Below, piece by piece: positions 1 to 13,844 of a stretch of DNA of 64,000 nt. Under the pieces are notes generated by a model, which searched no databases, was not told where the DNA came from, and was given only the letters and a program-made list of their open reading frames with translations. The DNA lies in NCBI GenBank assembly GCA_040954595.2, contig CM082590.2, positions 3,720,001-3,784,000 on the forward strand, read 5' to 3'. Position 1 is the first letter of the stretch. Every line of letters begins with the position of its first letter. This DNA is from Balanoglossus misakiensis. Its lineage: Eukaryota > Animalia > Hemichordata. Made by a program: the position numbers and the translations under genes.

Positions 1-13
1 CCTGTACGCAGAG

Positions 14-186
14 CTAGGCCGGTGACGGCTGAGTTGCTTCCTTGCAAAGGTCTCGGAGTCGCACTCGATCACCTGCTCTTGTAACTCCCAATCTCTTTAT
101 TTCCCCTTCCGTCATGGAAAGAACGGTGGCAGCTTCAACCCGCTCATTGCCAAATTTATCTCCTGCAATATTGCCTCGATGTCCAT
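14..186 (-). pseudogene. Frameshifted SAM-domain-like coding fragment
   Basis: The minus strand reads MDIEAILQEINL, then in another frame KFGNERVEAATVLSMTEGEIKRLGVTRAGDRVRLRDLCKEATQPSPA*. The L-S-M-T-x-x-E-I-x-x-L-G-V-x-x-x-G-D-R-x-x-L pattern resembles SAM helices 3-5. Family assignment is by eye only. Confidence 0.4.
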
Positions 187-323
187 CTCATTCGACTGCG
201 ACTGAGACGCACAAAACAAACGGAAAACACGGAAAATGGCCGACAGCAAAAATTGTGCGCCCTCTGGTGAGGTGGAAGTGAAGGTTGTAAACAAGTAAAT
301 AATAATAATACTAGCAAAGTATC

Positions 324-883
324 ATAATATATTAACGAATCAAAATATAATCGTACAACATCAACATTATATACTACTATTTATTTATAATATATTAACG
401 AATCAAAATATAATCGTACTACTTCAACATTATATACTACTATTTATTTATAATATATTAACGAATCAAAATATAATCGTACTACTTCAACATTATATAC
501 TACTATTTATTTATAATATATTAACGAATCAAAATATAATCGTACTACTTCAACAGTATATACTACTATTTATTTATAATATATTAACAAATCAAAATAT
601 AATCGTACTACTTCAACATTAAATACTACTATTTATTTATAATATATTAACGAATCAAAATATAATCGTACTACTTCAACATTAAATACTACTATTTATT
701 TATAATATATTAACGAATCAAAATATAATCGTACTACTTCAACATTAAATACTACTATTTATTTATAATATATTAACGAATCAAAATATAATCGTACTAC
801 TTCAACATTAAATACTACTATTTATTTATAATATATTAACGAATCAAAATATAATCGTACTACTTCAACATTAAATACTACTA
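324..883. repeat. 63-bp AT-rich minisatellite, ~9 copies
   Basis: Unit ATAATATATTAACGAATCAAAATATAATCGTACTACTTCAACATTAWATACTACTATTTATTT; its AACGAATC motif recurs every 63 bp from 334 to 838. Confidence 0.95.
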
Positions 884-1190
884 TTGCTATACTTAAGACC
901 CCTGAGGCTTGCCATACTCCTGTGTGATCGATAATAATACGAGATTATATGACAACTAAGATTTCCCAGAGTAATGTGCATTGCAGTAATTTCAGATGCA
1001 AACATAAGCGCGTACTGAGATTCTTTTTTATAATGACAAAATTGAAGATGACGAATTTTCTGACAACAACGTAGACAGGGAGAGTAACTTATTGTACTAC
1101 CGCTAACATGGAGAAATACGCCAGCCTGCTGACCTTTCAAATAACATCAAAGTTTTCCTCGTTTCTGATGTAACGACTCGTCATAACTTT

Positions 1191-4100
1191 TGACAATATG
1201 TCTGATAATATAAAGGTTACCACCCCTTAGAGAATGACGTCATCACCAACACACCAGGCTCAACGTGGCACATAGGGTGTGATGCGTCCAAATGTCTTGT
1301 CATAACAGGGTCGATCTAAGTGCATTCTCGCAACAACTAAAACGACTGAGAGACGTTATGCAAATTTCCCATATATTCTTGTTATCACAGTAAGGTGAAA
1401 CAAGACCGACCTTGTCCCTTTAAGTACAGTCACCAAATCCAACATGAGAATCGTACGCGCCACCATATATTACAGCCAGCAACCTACACAAGTATTTAGA
1501 AGAAGAAATAATTGCTGGTGCTCATTTGCATCGGTGTACTAAATATTCTTCTGTATAATTAATTCTAGTCGAGAGCTATCGGTCATTTTCAGTTCAACTT
1601 TTGCAATCAACATATTTTCAAATGTTTGCTGGGAAGTTTCTACTTACATGTATCATCGGGAAGCAGTGATATATTTTACGTGCAAGTATATTTCATGAAC
1701 TATATTTCAGTTTAAAATAAATATATCTGTTAAAACCGCGATAAAATAAAGATCACTGCCAAGTTTATACATGTAATGTTCAGTCACTAAATTTGATCAA
1801 AAAACACTATGCAGCTGAGAGAAGCAGTTTACTGGCTTCACTGCACATAACGATTCTCGTTCAGATAAGAAGAATGGTCTGGAGTACATATAGGCGGAGA
1901 CAACACAGGTATTTGATGAGGTTACATTTCATCACATTCCTGGGTAGATTGAAAGATTCAGTCGTGTGCTATCACTCCGGCGCATTGCTTGTTACCCTTA
2001 AAAGTGGGCAGCGCGCTGGACCGCCCGCTCAGGTCTGATTAAATTTGGTCACATTCCTGGGTAGATTGAAAGATTCAGTCGTGTGCTAGCACTCCGGCAC
2101 ATTGCTTGTTACCCTTAAAAGTGGGCAGCTCGCTGGACCGCCCGCTCAGGTCTGATTAAATTTGGTCACATTCCTGGGTAGATTGAAAGATTCAGTCGTG
2201 TGCTAGCACTCCGGCGCATTGCTTGTTACCCTTAAAAGTGGGCAGCGCGCTGGACCGCCCGCTCAGGTCTGATTAAATTTGGTCACATTCCTGGGTAGAT
2301 TGAAAGATTCAGTCGTGTGCTAGCACTCCGGCGCATTGCTTGTTACCCTTAAAAGTGGGCAGGGCGCTGGACCGCCCGCTCAGGTCTGATTAAATTTGGT
2401 CACATTCCTGGGTAGATTGAAAGATTCAGTCGTGTGCTAGCACTCCGGCACATTGCTTGTTACCCTTAAAAGTGGGCAGCGCGCTGGACCACTCGCTCAG
2501 GTCTGATTAAATTTGGTCACATTCCTGGGTAGATTGAAAGATTCAGTCGTGTGCTAGCACTCCGGCACATTGCTTGTTACCCTTAAAAGTGGGCAGCGCG
2601 CTGGACCGCCCGCTCAGGTCTGATTACATTTGGTCACATTCCTGGGTAGATTGAAAGATTCAGTCGTGTGCTAGCACTCCGGCGCATTGCTTGTTACCCT
2701 TAAAAGTGGGCAGCGCGCTGGACCACTCGCTCAGGTCTGATTAAATTTGGTCACATTCCTGGGTAGATTGAAAGATTCAGTCGTGTGCTAGCACTCCGGC
2801 ACATTGCTTGTTACCCTTAAAAGTGGGCAGCGCGCTGGACCACTCGCTCAGGTCTGATTAAATTTGGTCACATTCCTGGGTAGATTGAAAGATTCAGTCG
2901 TGTGCTAGCACTCCGGCGCATTGCTTGTTACCCTTAAAAGTGGGCAGCGCGCTGGACCACTCGCTCAGGTCTGATTAAATTTGGTCACATTCCTGGGTAG
3001 ATTGAAAGATTCAGTCGTGTGCTAGCACTCCGGCACATTGCTTGTTACCCTTAAAAGTGGGCAGCGCGCTGGACCGCCCGCTCAGGTCTGATTAAATTTG
3101 GTCACATTCCCGGGTAGATTGAAAGATTCAGTCGTGTGCTAGCACTCCGGCGCATTGCTTGTTACCCTTAAAAGTGGGCAGCGCGCTGGACCGCCCGCTC
3201 AGGTCTGATTAAATTTGGTCACATTCCTGGGTAGATTGAAAGATTCAGTCGTGTGCTAGCACTCCGGCGCATTGCTTGTTACCCTTAAAAGTGGGCAGGG
3301 CGCTGGACCGCCCGCTCAGGTCTGATTAAATTTGGTCACATTCCTGGGTAGATTGAAAGATTCAGTCGTGTGCTAGCACTCCGGCGCATTGCTTGTTACC
3401 CTTAAAAGTGGGCAGCGCGCTGGACCGCCCGCTCAGGTCTGATTAAATTTGGTCACATTCCTGGGTAGATTGAAAGATTCAGTCGTGTGCTAGCACTCCG
3501 GCACATTGCTTGTTACCCTTAAAAGTGGGCAGCGCAATGGACCGCCCGCTCAGGTCTGATTAAATTTGGTCACATTCCTGGGTAGATTGAAAGATTCAGT
3601 CGTGTGCTAGCACTCCGGCGCATTGCTTGTTACCCTTAAAAGTGGGCAGCGCGCTGGACCGCCCGCTCAGGTCTGATTAAATTTGGTCACATTCCTGGGT
3701 AGATTGAAAGATTCAGTCGTGTGCTAGCACTCCGGCGCATTGCTTGTTACCCTTAAAAGTGGGCAGGGCGCTGGACCCCCCGCTCAGGTCTGATTAAATT
3801 TGGTCACATTCCTGGGTAGATTGAAAGATTCAGTCGTGTGCTATCACTCCGGCGCATTGCTTGTTACCCTTAAAAGTGGGCAGCGCGCTGGACCGCCCGC
3901 TCAGGTCTGATTAAATTTGGTCACATTCCTGGGTAGATTGAAAGATTCAGTCGTGTGCTAGCACTCCGGCGCATTGCTTGTTACCCTTAAAAGTGGGCAG
4001 CGCGCTGGACCGCCCGCTCAGGTCTGATTAAATTTGGTCACATTCCTGGGTAGATTGAAAGATTCAGTTGTGTGCTATCACTCCGGCGCATTGCTTGTTA

Positions 4101-5823
4101 CCCTTAAAAGTGGGCAGCGCGCTGGACCGCCCGCTCAGGTCTGATTAAATTTGGTCAAATTCCAGGGTCATCCTGAGGACACTGATTGATCAACTTTGTA
4201 CATCCATTCATACCTGACCTGGTGATTATTTCAACGACTAGTAAAAATTAGTATGGGTGTTAAATTAACTTGCCATATTTTCTAAAAGTGAGGTTATATT
4301 TTATCATAAACAAGGTGCAAGAATCAATGTGTCACCTAAATTTGTACATTTTCTTCCACAAAATCTCAGTAATTCCCGTCATAGAGAAAAATCAAACGAA
4401 ATGGTATAGTTTTAACCATAAATTTAGCACATTTTGGAAACGTCCTGTACATTTAATTAGTTTTTGCTGATACTTATTTGCCTTTTGATTGAGGTCGCCA
4501 TGGGAAGATGTCCACTGACATATTTTATAAAAATATTTTTCTGGATATAAAGTATCGTCAAATTTGGATTTGTCTTGGCAGATCACTCTTTTATTGATAT
4601 AGTGAAGTAAAGGTTTAACACTTCCTTTACATATTTTGTATTATCAAAATGTCATGTGATCGTGGAAGAGAAATGAATGGAACACGTGTGGGCGATGTCA
4701 AAATCAGAGATAACTCCAGAGAACACCCCCACAATAAAATGGTATGATCACAGTTGTAAACGCATATGCAAGTTGCTTAAACGGCCGTGCGCTGCCATGG
4801 CAACCATGATGCGGCATTCACCTATATACGATTCGCGTACATAATTGCCGTAAAGTTTGTTTCATCACATTTTCAAAGCTTTGGATGTCTGAATCATATA
4901 ACGATAGTGTGATTATCTATGACTTTTTCATTGATTCTCTTGTACGGCAGCAGAAAAAATAGCGTGACTTATGTTTTTGACATACCTGGCCAATATGTCG
5001 GCCATATTTAGAGAGGCATTGTCAAAATAATTGCTCAGTAGGACAGGTATGTTTTTCAACAGGTGTTTTTTCTCAAGCTATGACTTGTTCATACAGTTTA
5101 GTGACTAAAGGTTTGTTTGGTGAGATTGATAAACTCCATCTACAGTAGTATTAGCTTTGGTTGTATCGTATCTGCTGTGAGATATCACCAAAAGGAATAT
5201 TCGACGAGTGTGGCCGGTTTATCTCTAAAAATGTTTATCACAGAGACAACACTTCGTAAATATCGGCGGTGACAACACAGGTATTTGATGTGCTTAAGTT
5301 TGGTCAAATTCCAGGGTCATCCTGTAGGATACTGAGGACAGTGATTGATCAACTGTGTACACCCATTCACACCTGGCCCAGTGCTTACTTCAACGACAAG
5401 TAAAGATTAGCATGGGCGTTATATTGGATTTTAACTCGCCACTGACAGTAGCATTTTGAAAAAAACAATATTCTATTTAAGAATTCGGCTTTTCTTGCTT
5501 AGTCAACGGCAACAATGTTCATTTCCGATGAACCACAATTTACAGTGTCCTAGCCATTTCTGTACTTAGTGTTTCAAACCTTAATCTTCTATATGAGTCA
5601 ACATTTCATTTTTTGCCTAAATGTGATCATCTGTTAAGCATGCTGCGTGTATGGTATATTTAGAACAGTCGTTTTAGTTGTTGCGAGAATGCATTCAGAT
5701 CGATCCTGGTATGACTAGACATTTGGACGCATCACACCCTATGTGCCACGTTGAGCCTGGTGTGTTGGTGATGACGTCATTCTCTAAGGGGTGGTAACCT
5801 TTATATTATCAGACATATTGTCA
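1191..5823. repeat. Pair of ~158-bp inverted repeats (1191-1348 and 5666-5823) enclosing 4.3 kb
   Basis: TGACAATATGTCTGATAATATAAAGGTTACC...CAACAACTAAAACGACTG reappears as a reverse complement with only a few mismatches. No convincing TSD. Confidence 0.85.
1932..4157. repeat. 117-bp satellite array, ~19 near-identical copies
   Basis: Unit TCACATTCCTGGGTAGATTGAAAGATTCAGTCGTGTGCTAGCACTCCGGCGCATTGCTTGTTACCCTTAAAAGTGGGCAGCGCGCTGGACCGCCCGCTCAGGTCTGATTAAATTTGG starts at 1932, 2049, 2166 and so on. All six frames contain stops. Confidence 0.97.
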
Positions 5824-8499
5824 GTTAAAATTCTAAATTTAGTTTGTGTTCACCTTTATCTTCAAAATGCCACACTAACAATCCAACCAAAAAGACTAAA
5901 TTAATGTCATTGTCACAACGGTAAATATTGATCAGTTTTGGAATAAAGGAATGGCTTGAGTCCCTCGGGTGGTGAAGGAAGCACTGCGGTATGCCCATGT
6001 GCAGTTGATGTTTAGATGTGATATGTTAACGGCATGAACCTAGAGACCAACATGCAGTGTGGAACTTCATAAGTAACAAGTCAGTGGACAGCGTTAATGA
6101 TTAAAACTCAGACGACTGCAGACCAGGACAAACAACTAATATGAATCCTGCCCCAACTGAATACTACCTGAAACATAGCGCCCAGCTCCACTAACTTTTA
6201 TATATACTTATATATTTCATTTTTGAACTCTAGACACCCACGTATAAGTATTGCACTAAGAATCTAAAGCCGTGCTATACAGTACATATAAAAAAGATTG
6301 CAGTCAAATATAAAACAACAACTTAAGTTTGTCGAGAGTCTCGGTCCAAACAAAACATTGGAAATACCAGGCTTGTGTGTGTTCCCCTGTCCTCTCAAAA
6401 TTACTAAGGAACATGTACATAAGAATTTGCATGGGTTCTTCAGACCAGATTGTAAGTGACAGTTAGGTTTTCGTAAAGGGTTCTCACATGACACATTGCT
6501 ATGCAAAATGGTAAATGTTCATCAAATAGTCTAAATGGTCTTATACCTTTTAGATTAACGTAATTTGTTTGACCTGGCATAATATAATTTACTACTTTAA
6601 AATGGTTATATCAACAAAACTAATAGAAAAACAGCGACAAGCCGTTTTTCTTGAAATGCTGAATTGCAAATATCTGCTATGTCTGACGTGATGTCTAATT
6701 TTGGTCAGGGATTTCAGATCGCTTCCTCACAAGGCACCACGGAACAGTCGCTAATCATTTAAACAATCGATTCGCTCGCAATTTCTATGCTTACAGTTGA
6801 ACATATAGCTCCAAATAGCATTCAGCGTGTTGTTCAACGGATGACCTCAAGTGACCCGACGTGCCCTGGATATAGGGCAGAATAATAAAAACCACGCAAA
6901 CCTACCGTTTTTCTAAAGACGTCATTTCAAGTAAAGAAACAACACTGAAAATTACTTTAACAATTCAGAAACGGATTCAGATAGAGATAACATTCTCATG
7001 ATTTTTGTGTAAACGCTATAAGAAATAACACAGTTTAAAAATATAATAAACAGAAAACATCCCACATAAATTATCCCTCGAACACTCTACAAAAAAAAAA
7101 TTCTTGACGTAGAAATGTTCATACTCATAGATAACGAAGTTCCAAATTGCATCAAAGAATAGTGTTAGGGTTAGGGCTTTCTTTGCACCAGCTCCTTAGG
7201 GTAGTATGCTCTTCGGGGACATATTTTCAGTCAGGTTGTATCCCCCAAGCCTTTAAGGATGTACGCGCAGAACATAAACTAGAAAATGTGCGCATTCGGC
7301 TTTTCTCCGTAGGATTACATTGATAATTGCTAGAAAACATTCTTGTACTTTTAATTTACACATAGCTCAACCAAGTAAAATAAATTCATAGCTCAAATAA
7401 AATCGTATGGTTACCGCGCTCTATTTTGAGATAAATGTCGTTAAATATTTTGCCCATACACAAACCAGTGGTGAAAAATGCTGAGTCAGCAGTTTTCTTT
7501 TATTATCGACTAAATTCATGGCTCTGTATTTTAAAAACAAGCGTGGTGACTCCTATATTATTATACATACAAAGGTGAATCCAAAAATCTACAATCAAAA
7601 GAAATGACAATACTTTCAATTTTACTGAACGTATATTATAGTATTTGTATTACAGTGAGTGGGAGTTTTTTAAACACAGAAAACTGGGTATTCACCATCT
7701 TGTTTTCATTTCTAAGGAGTTGATACAAAGATTGGTGGCCATTTTTGAACACGTGTTATTTGGTTCCTAATTTATTTCAATTTCATCGCTAGAAACAAAA
7801 GGATTTAGTCAAAACGTTACAGTACGATATTCCGATTATTTATCACAATTTCGTTGATTCTCTGGTACAGCAGCAGAACATAGTACGACCTACTTAGTAG
7901 AGATATCTCGACAATATGTCGGTCAGGTCACCTTGAGTGACTGAAGGTGTGTTTGCCTTATAGATTAACGTCCACACACAGTATCTAAACTTTGATTCTA
8001 TATCAAAGATGTCATGAACAGGTACATTCAACGAGCGTCACCTAATTAATTAAGCTTATACATCAAACTGTTTATCACTCAGATGACAATTCGTGGGCTT
8101 AAGTGAGATCACTTCATTGAAAATGAAAATCGTACGTGTCATTGTATATTGGAGACAACAACACACATTAAGTATTAAGAATCATTCTGTACTATTGTAC
8201 ATAGAGATGTACAAACTTTTTTAAAGTTAACCCATGGTCGGTAATTATCAGGGCAAGTTAAACTTCAAATTTTAAAATCAACAACAAAACCCTTTCTCTT
8301 AAAATGGTTGCTGGGTCGTCCATACTTACATTAATCATTGGCTTAGGAGGCAAAACCGATATTTTACATGATGATTTTACATGTAATATATTTATTGCTT
8401 AAACATTATGTTATATTGGACATACAGGCGAACAAACCCTTTTTAATGTTAACCCTGGTCGTGAAATATCAGGGACCATATAAATTTTCAATCTTAAAA

Positions 8500-9430
8500 T
8501 TAGCAACAAAACTCTTTCTCTCTAAATACTTGTTTGGCAGTTTATATACTTGCACCTATCATTGGAAAGTAGTGGTATATATTTAACGTGCGCGTATATT
8601 TTTTGAACACTATTTCTGTTTAAAAACAAATCTGGAGAAATATAAGATCTCTGCTACGTTTATGTTTACATGTTTAGTGGCTGAATATGATCAAGACACC
8701 TTACGTAGGATCATTGTGTAGAGCAGAGTGAAGAAATTTGACAAGAAGAAAGGAATTGGCATAAATATCTGTCGAGACAACAAAGGTATTTGATCAACTT
8801 AATTTTGGACAATTCTCGGGGTCAACCTTTACCATAATAACGACAGTGTCTGATCAACTTTGTAAATCCATGCACACCGGTCCATGTGCTTATTTCAATA
8901 ACTAGTAAAGATCAACGCTATATTTCAACCCTCTAACTTTATACAATCTGTAATCACAATACTAGGCTTAACATTTGGTAGGAAGGCTTCTAAAAATGTT
9001 TAGTTTAATGGCATTCGTCATGGAGATAATTTTCTAGATACTCTGAAGTATAGTATCGCCAAATTTTGATTTGTATTAGCAGGTCATTCATTGGTTAAAA
9101 GTTAACACTTCGTTTACATATTCTATCTTTTCAAATGTGAATGTGATCATGGAAGAAAATTTACTAAACATGTGTGGGCGATGTCAAAATTAGCAATACC
9201 TCTTTATTACATCCCCACAAAAAATGGTCGCGCCTGACTATTATCCTATCACATCGCTAGCCGCATATAGTGGCAGACGCGTATGCATGTTGCTTGAACG
9301 CTCGTACGCGGCCATGGTAACTATGGTGCTGCATCCAGCTATGCCACTGAACGATTAGCGTGCATTAGTACCGTGAAGTTTGTTTCTTCATATTGATAAA
9401 GCATTGCATGTCTAAAATATATAACGCTCT
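8500..9430. repeat. Diverged paralog of 1600-1930 plus 4160-4920, lacking the satellite
   Basis: Shared blocks such as GAGACAACAMAGGTATTTGAT, AGTATCGYCAAATTTKGATTTGT and TGTGGGCGATGTCAAAAT occur in the same order. Confidence 0.7.
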
Positions 9431-11496
9431 CTTATTCTGACTAAGTCTTACAGCTGACATATAAATCAGCGTTGGTAGCAATAGAGAAATACAATCTTAC
9501 CTGTCACAACAAATGGTGGAACGTTTCTACACGGTCACACAGCACCACATCAAATGCAGCTCACGGCCAGTCGAATAATGTCGACAACCGGTGTGGGTAG
9601 ATGAGAATGACTGGGTGTGATAATGTGCAAAGCTGTTTATTGGTTAATGTTTTAGTTCAACTGATAAAAATGACGTCAATCACTCCGGACAGACCTAACA
9701 GAATGTCCAGTCTGGTATACGTAATTATTTCAACTATTGACGATTCTGTGTCTAATTACAAAGTCCATCTGATTGTCCACTGTACCAATGACCTGGCTGC
9801 GATCCAGCGCAGCCACTGGTACCGATTGGAACAGAAATATGTTATCACCATTCCATTTTATCCATTTCTCAGAATTGTTTTTCAATGCATGATAGCATTC
9901 AACATTTCTAATACATTTGAAACAAACAGCTTATTACGCTTACATTCTAAGCTTGACATTTTTATATCTGTGGCGGAATATAAGAATATAATCAGTTGTT
10001 GATATAAACGGAGGCCCCATTGACTGCACATCAGAAAATCTTGGTGTAAATAGCTAATACATATAAGTCAGGCAGGGTGAACACACTCACGCTGGAAATA
10101 TTTTATTAACCATCTGACATGAAAATTGCAACGTTTGGCTTTGTTGTACGCTATTACGGTTTAAGGCAGCGTTCAAAAACATCATTGGAGGGGCCATGAT
10201 AATTAAGAAAAAAAGATTCTGGTTTTATTCTAACAACTCCTGGCACCAGCAATCAATTCACGTAGGGCCTACCCACTTCATTTCCAAAATTATTTAGTTT
10301 TAGAGACGGACTCTGCGCTGTGAAGCATTAATAACTGACCAAAAGGGGATTAAATATTTACTTTAACATGTTCCAGTATGTTTTATCCTTGCTGAAATTT
10401 TGTCTTCTGTTTATGTTCTTTTCTTGCTCAGTCCCAATTAAATTATTTAGCAGATTTTCTCTACCTGCAATTATTAAATGCAATTTTGTTTTGCTTGATT
10501 GTATCAAAGACTCTACGGTCTATGGTTGTATTGGAGGATGGTGGTCGTGATTGTGTTGACCTGTTTATTTTGTATGACCGAATACTATCTATAATCCTCC
10601 AGACAGGATTTGATAGCTGTCTGCTGTTTGCATGTTTGCTGTGTGTGAACGAATAGGCGTGGTTGTTGTGACGCGTCCTGAATGTGCGGCCAGTCAATCA
10701 AATACAACACCTCACATCACCTTTGCTCGGAAAATTCTTATACTTACTGTGAACTGGCTGCATCAGAAAAAAAAACAAAATCTTCACAAGCATGATTTTT
10801 GGCATAAAAATCGTTATTTCACCGAATTTTGAAAAACCTTTGGCACGTTTGTAATATTTTTGATGCTAATTTTTTTATACTAAAATTTTTAAAATTCATA
10901 AAGATTAAGGAAAGTTATTCAACAAACCTGTGTTGGGGACCACTTTGATGTTACCTGTATATTGTCTATGGGTGAAAATGCGAATTTCTAAATTGTTGCA
11001 ATTTCATTGTTTTTAAACATACAGCTGTCAAACTTACATATGTATTAAAGTTGACATAACAGCTTTCAAAACAAGTTTCAGTTTTAAAATTGAAGGTCGC
11101 TAAGTGTGTAAGTTGTAGGTTACAAAAAACATACCAAAGGTGAATTTTAAAATTTCCATGCTTGTTTTGTTCTGAGCACACCAGTTTGTTTATTTCTTAG
11201 GCTTTCACTTTGATTGTTCAATATGTTGATTTTATTTTAATATACACTTTGCTTTTTAAGATTATTTTTTTTTATTTTAAGCATTTCAAAGATGAAACTT
11301 TAGGTAGACCATTATGAGATGTTATAGAATGTTGAAAAGTTTACACTATTAAGATTGGACACCATTAAATATTTCAAATAATGCTGCAAAATAGACTGAA
11401 ATAACTCCCTTGACTTAACATGTATAAAAACAAAAGAATAAGTTTTTGGGCACACTTGGAGATTTTTTATGTTGAAAACTCGGCGAAAAACGGGTT

Positions 11497-11845
11497 GTTT
11501 TATGCTTATTCTAACGAATATCTTACAATCCAATATATGGTTTTTAAGCTCAGATTCTGGGCTCTCTAACCCTGAAAACAGTTTTCCAGAAATCATAGAA
11601 ATAAAATCAGATAGCCAACGATTACAATTTGTTACGATCGTATTTTGCACTCACTTCCGGGTTTCGGCCAATTGCAGACAAATACTTTCTATAAAAGGCT
11701 TCGCTTTATGCTTATTCTAACAATTATCTAACAATCCAATATATGGTTTTAAAGCTTAGAATCTTAGCTCTCTAACCGCTAAAACCGTTTTTCAAAAATC
11801 GTAGAATTGAAATCAGGGAGCCAACGATTACAATTTGTTATGGTC
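11497..11845. repeat. Two direct copies of a ~140-bp block (period ~206 bp)
   Basis: TTTATGCTTATTCTAAC...ACAATCCAATATATGGTTTT...AGCCAACGATTACAATTTGTTA at ~11499 and ~11705. Confidence 0.8.
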
Positions 11846-11932
11846 TTTTTTCGTGTGTAGGGTTAGGTACTTAGGAATATGGGCGACACCCAAAATCCTC
11901 AGGTTTTTTAGGTTAAGTTTACATCACTTCTG

Positions 11933-13710
11933 ACTCACTTAGAGTGGGCCGATCTTTAACGTGTAACGTGTTTTGAAATCGTCAATTACTGCTCTAAAAC
12001 ATGTTAAAGACTCGAGTTGGTATCTTTTAGAATAAATTAATAGGTTTGCTAAAACTAAAGTGATGTTTAAGTGATTCTTTTGTTTTTATGCATGTTAAAG
12101 AATAGGACAAATTATAATATTTGTGACCCTATCCTGATTTGTACAATTAAAGTAGCTTGAGTACTGTTTTTTTCAGGATGTATAGACATTTGAATTATCT
12201 ATGCTATAGTACGTTATTTTTTTTAAATGTAGACAAGAAGTTATAAAACTGTAATTATAAAAAATAATGTCAGTGCCCCCATAGGCTTTACACTGTAGAC
12301 AACAGGGTGTCATAGATTAAAATTTTGGAAAGTAAGAAAACATGTTGTTTAAAGCTTGTTATTTTCAGAGTGTGTTAAGAACATGATGGGATACTTCATA
12401 CATTATTTTAAAGTTGTTACATGAACAGCAATACCAGTAGCTATTGAGTCAAAATAGGTAATTCATATATCTCACAATGACATTTTTGTTATATTGCCAT
12501 GTGTTTGCAAAGTTGCTTTAAACACTTAGCATTGTCCAATTTAAAAACCATTTTCTGTTTTGAAAAGGATATAGAATACTACATAACACATTGAAGAATC
12601 AAATTTATAGTATTAGGAATAAGGAAACCGCATTGTTCCAAGTAAGGCGCTGTCAATCGACAAAGTAGACAATGCTGTTTGACCCCTTTAACAGCATATA
12701 TCATCACCCAAAATTGACATTGATTGTACCACTCTGGTTTCTTTATTTATTCAGCAATGAAGTTCACACTTTAACAATATTTTAAATACATATTGTTGTT
12801 TATAACATATATGAAACAGTTTTAAAATCGGATGATTCTAAGTGTTTAAACCAACTTTGCAAACATATATTGCAATATAACAAAAATGTCATTGTCAGAT
12901 TTATGAATCGCCTATTTTGACTCAATACCTATTGGCATTACTCTTCATGTAACAACTTTAAAAAGCATGTATGGAGTATCCCATCATGTTCTTAACACAT
13001 TCTGAAAATAACAAGCATTAAACAACATGTTTTCTTACTTTCCTAAATTTTTACCTATGACACCCTGTTTTCTATATTGTAAAGCCTATTGTTCACTAAC
13101 ATTTTGTTTCATAATTATACTTTTATAACTTCTTGTCTACATTGTCTCATTTAGAGTGGGCCGATCTTTAAAGTGTAATCTGTTTTGAAATCGTCCACTA
13201 CTGCTCTAAAACATATTAAAGACCTGATGTGGTATCCTTAAGAATAAATTAATATTTGTGCCAATAAAAAATTGATGTCTAAGTGATTCTTTTGTTTTTA
13301 TGCATGTTAAAGAATAGTACAAATGATAAAATATAAGACCCTACCCTAAGATATACAATAAAGGAGATTAAGTACTGATTTTTTCATGAATAATAGACAT
13401 ATAAATTCTCTATTCTGGAGTACATTAATATTTAATCAATGTTGACAAAAGTTATAAAAATATAATTATGAAACCAAAATGTTTGTGCCCCATAGGCTTA
13501 ACACTGTAGGAAACCAGGTGTCATAGGAAAACATTTAGGAAAGTAGGAAAACATGTCGTTTAAAGCTTGTTATTTTCTGAGACTGTTAAGAACATGATGG
13601 GATACTACATACATTTTTTTAAAGTTGTTACCTGTACAGTAATGCCAGTAGCTATTGATACAAAGTAGGTAATTCATTAATCTCACATGGACATTTTCGT
13701 TATATTGCCA
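11933..13710. repeat. Foldback-type structure: direct copies 11933-12498 and 13146-13710, with an inverted arm at 12838-13143
   Basis: 12226-12529 is the diverged reverse complement of 12838-13143. TTAGAGTGGGCCGATCTTTAA begins both direct copies. Confidence 0.85.
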
Positions 13711-13844
13711 CTTTATTTTTGGCACACCAGTTGATTTATTCTTGAAGATTTCACATCGGGTCTTGAATATGTTTTAGAGTAATGATTGGCGACAGGGTAC
13801 ACTTTTAAGAACGACCTACTCCAAGTGTGTAAAATCTGATTTAA

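Noticed and set aside
1932-4157. 117-bp unit as a CRISPR array, 5S rRNA cluster or hammerhead ribozyme array
   Set aside because: There are no unique spacers. The 5S resemblance is limited to ~25 nt and box A is missing. CTGATTA...GAAA lacks the conserved G8, and stems I and III cannot form.
7164-7176. TTAGGG telomeric repeat
   Set aside because: Only two copies, which is compatible with chance.
9601-10002. 133-aa ORF and its antisense frame
   Set aside because: No recognisable motif or convincing exon structure.
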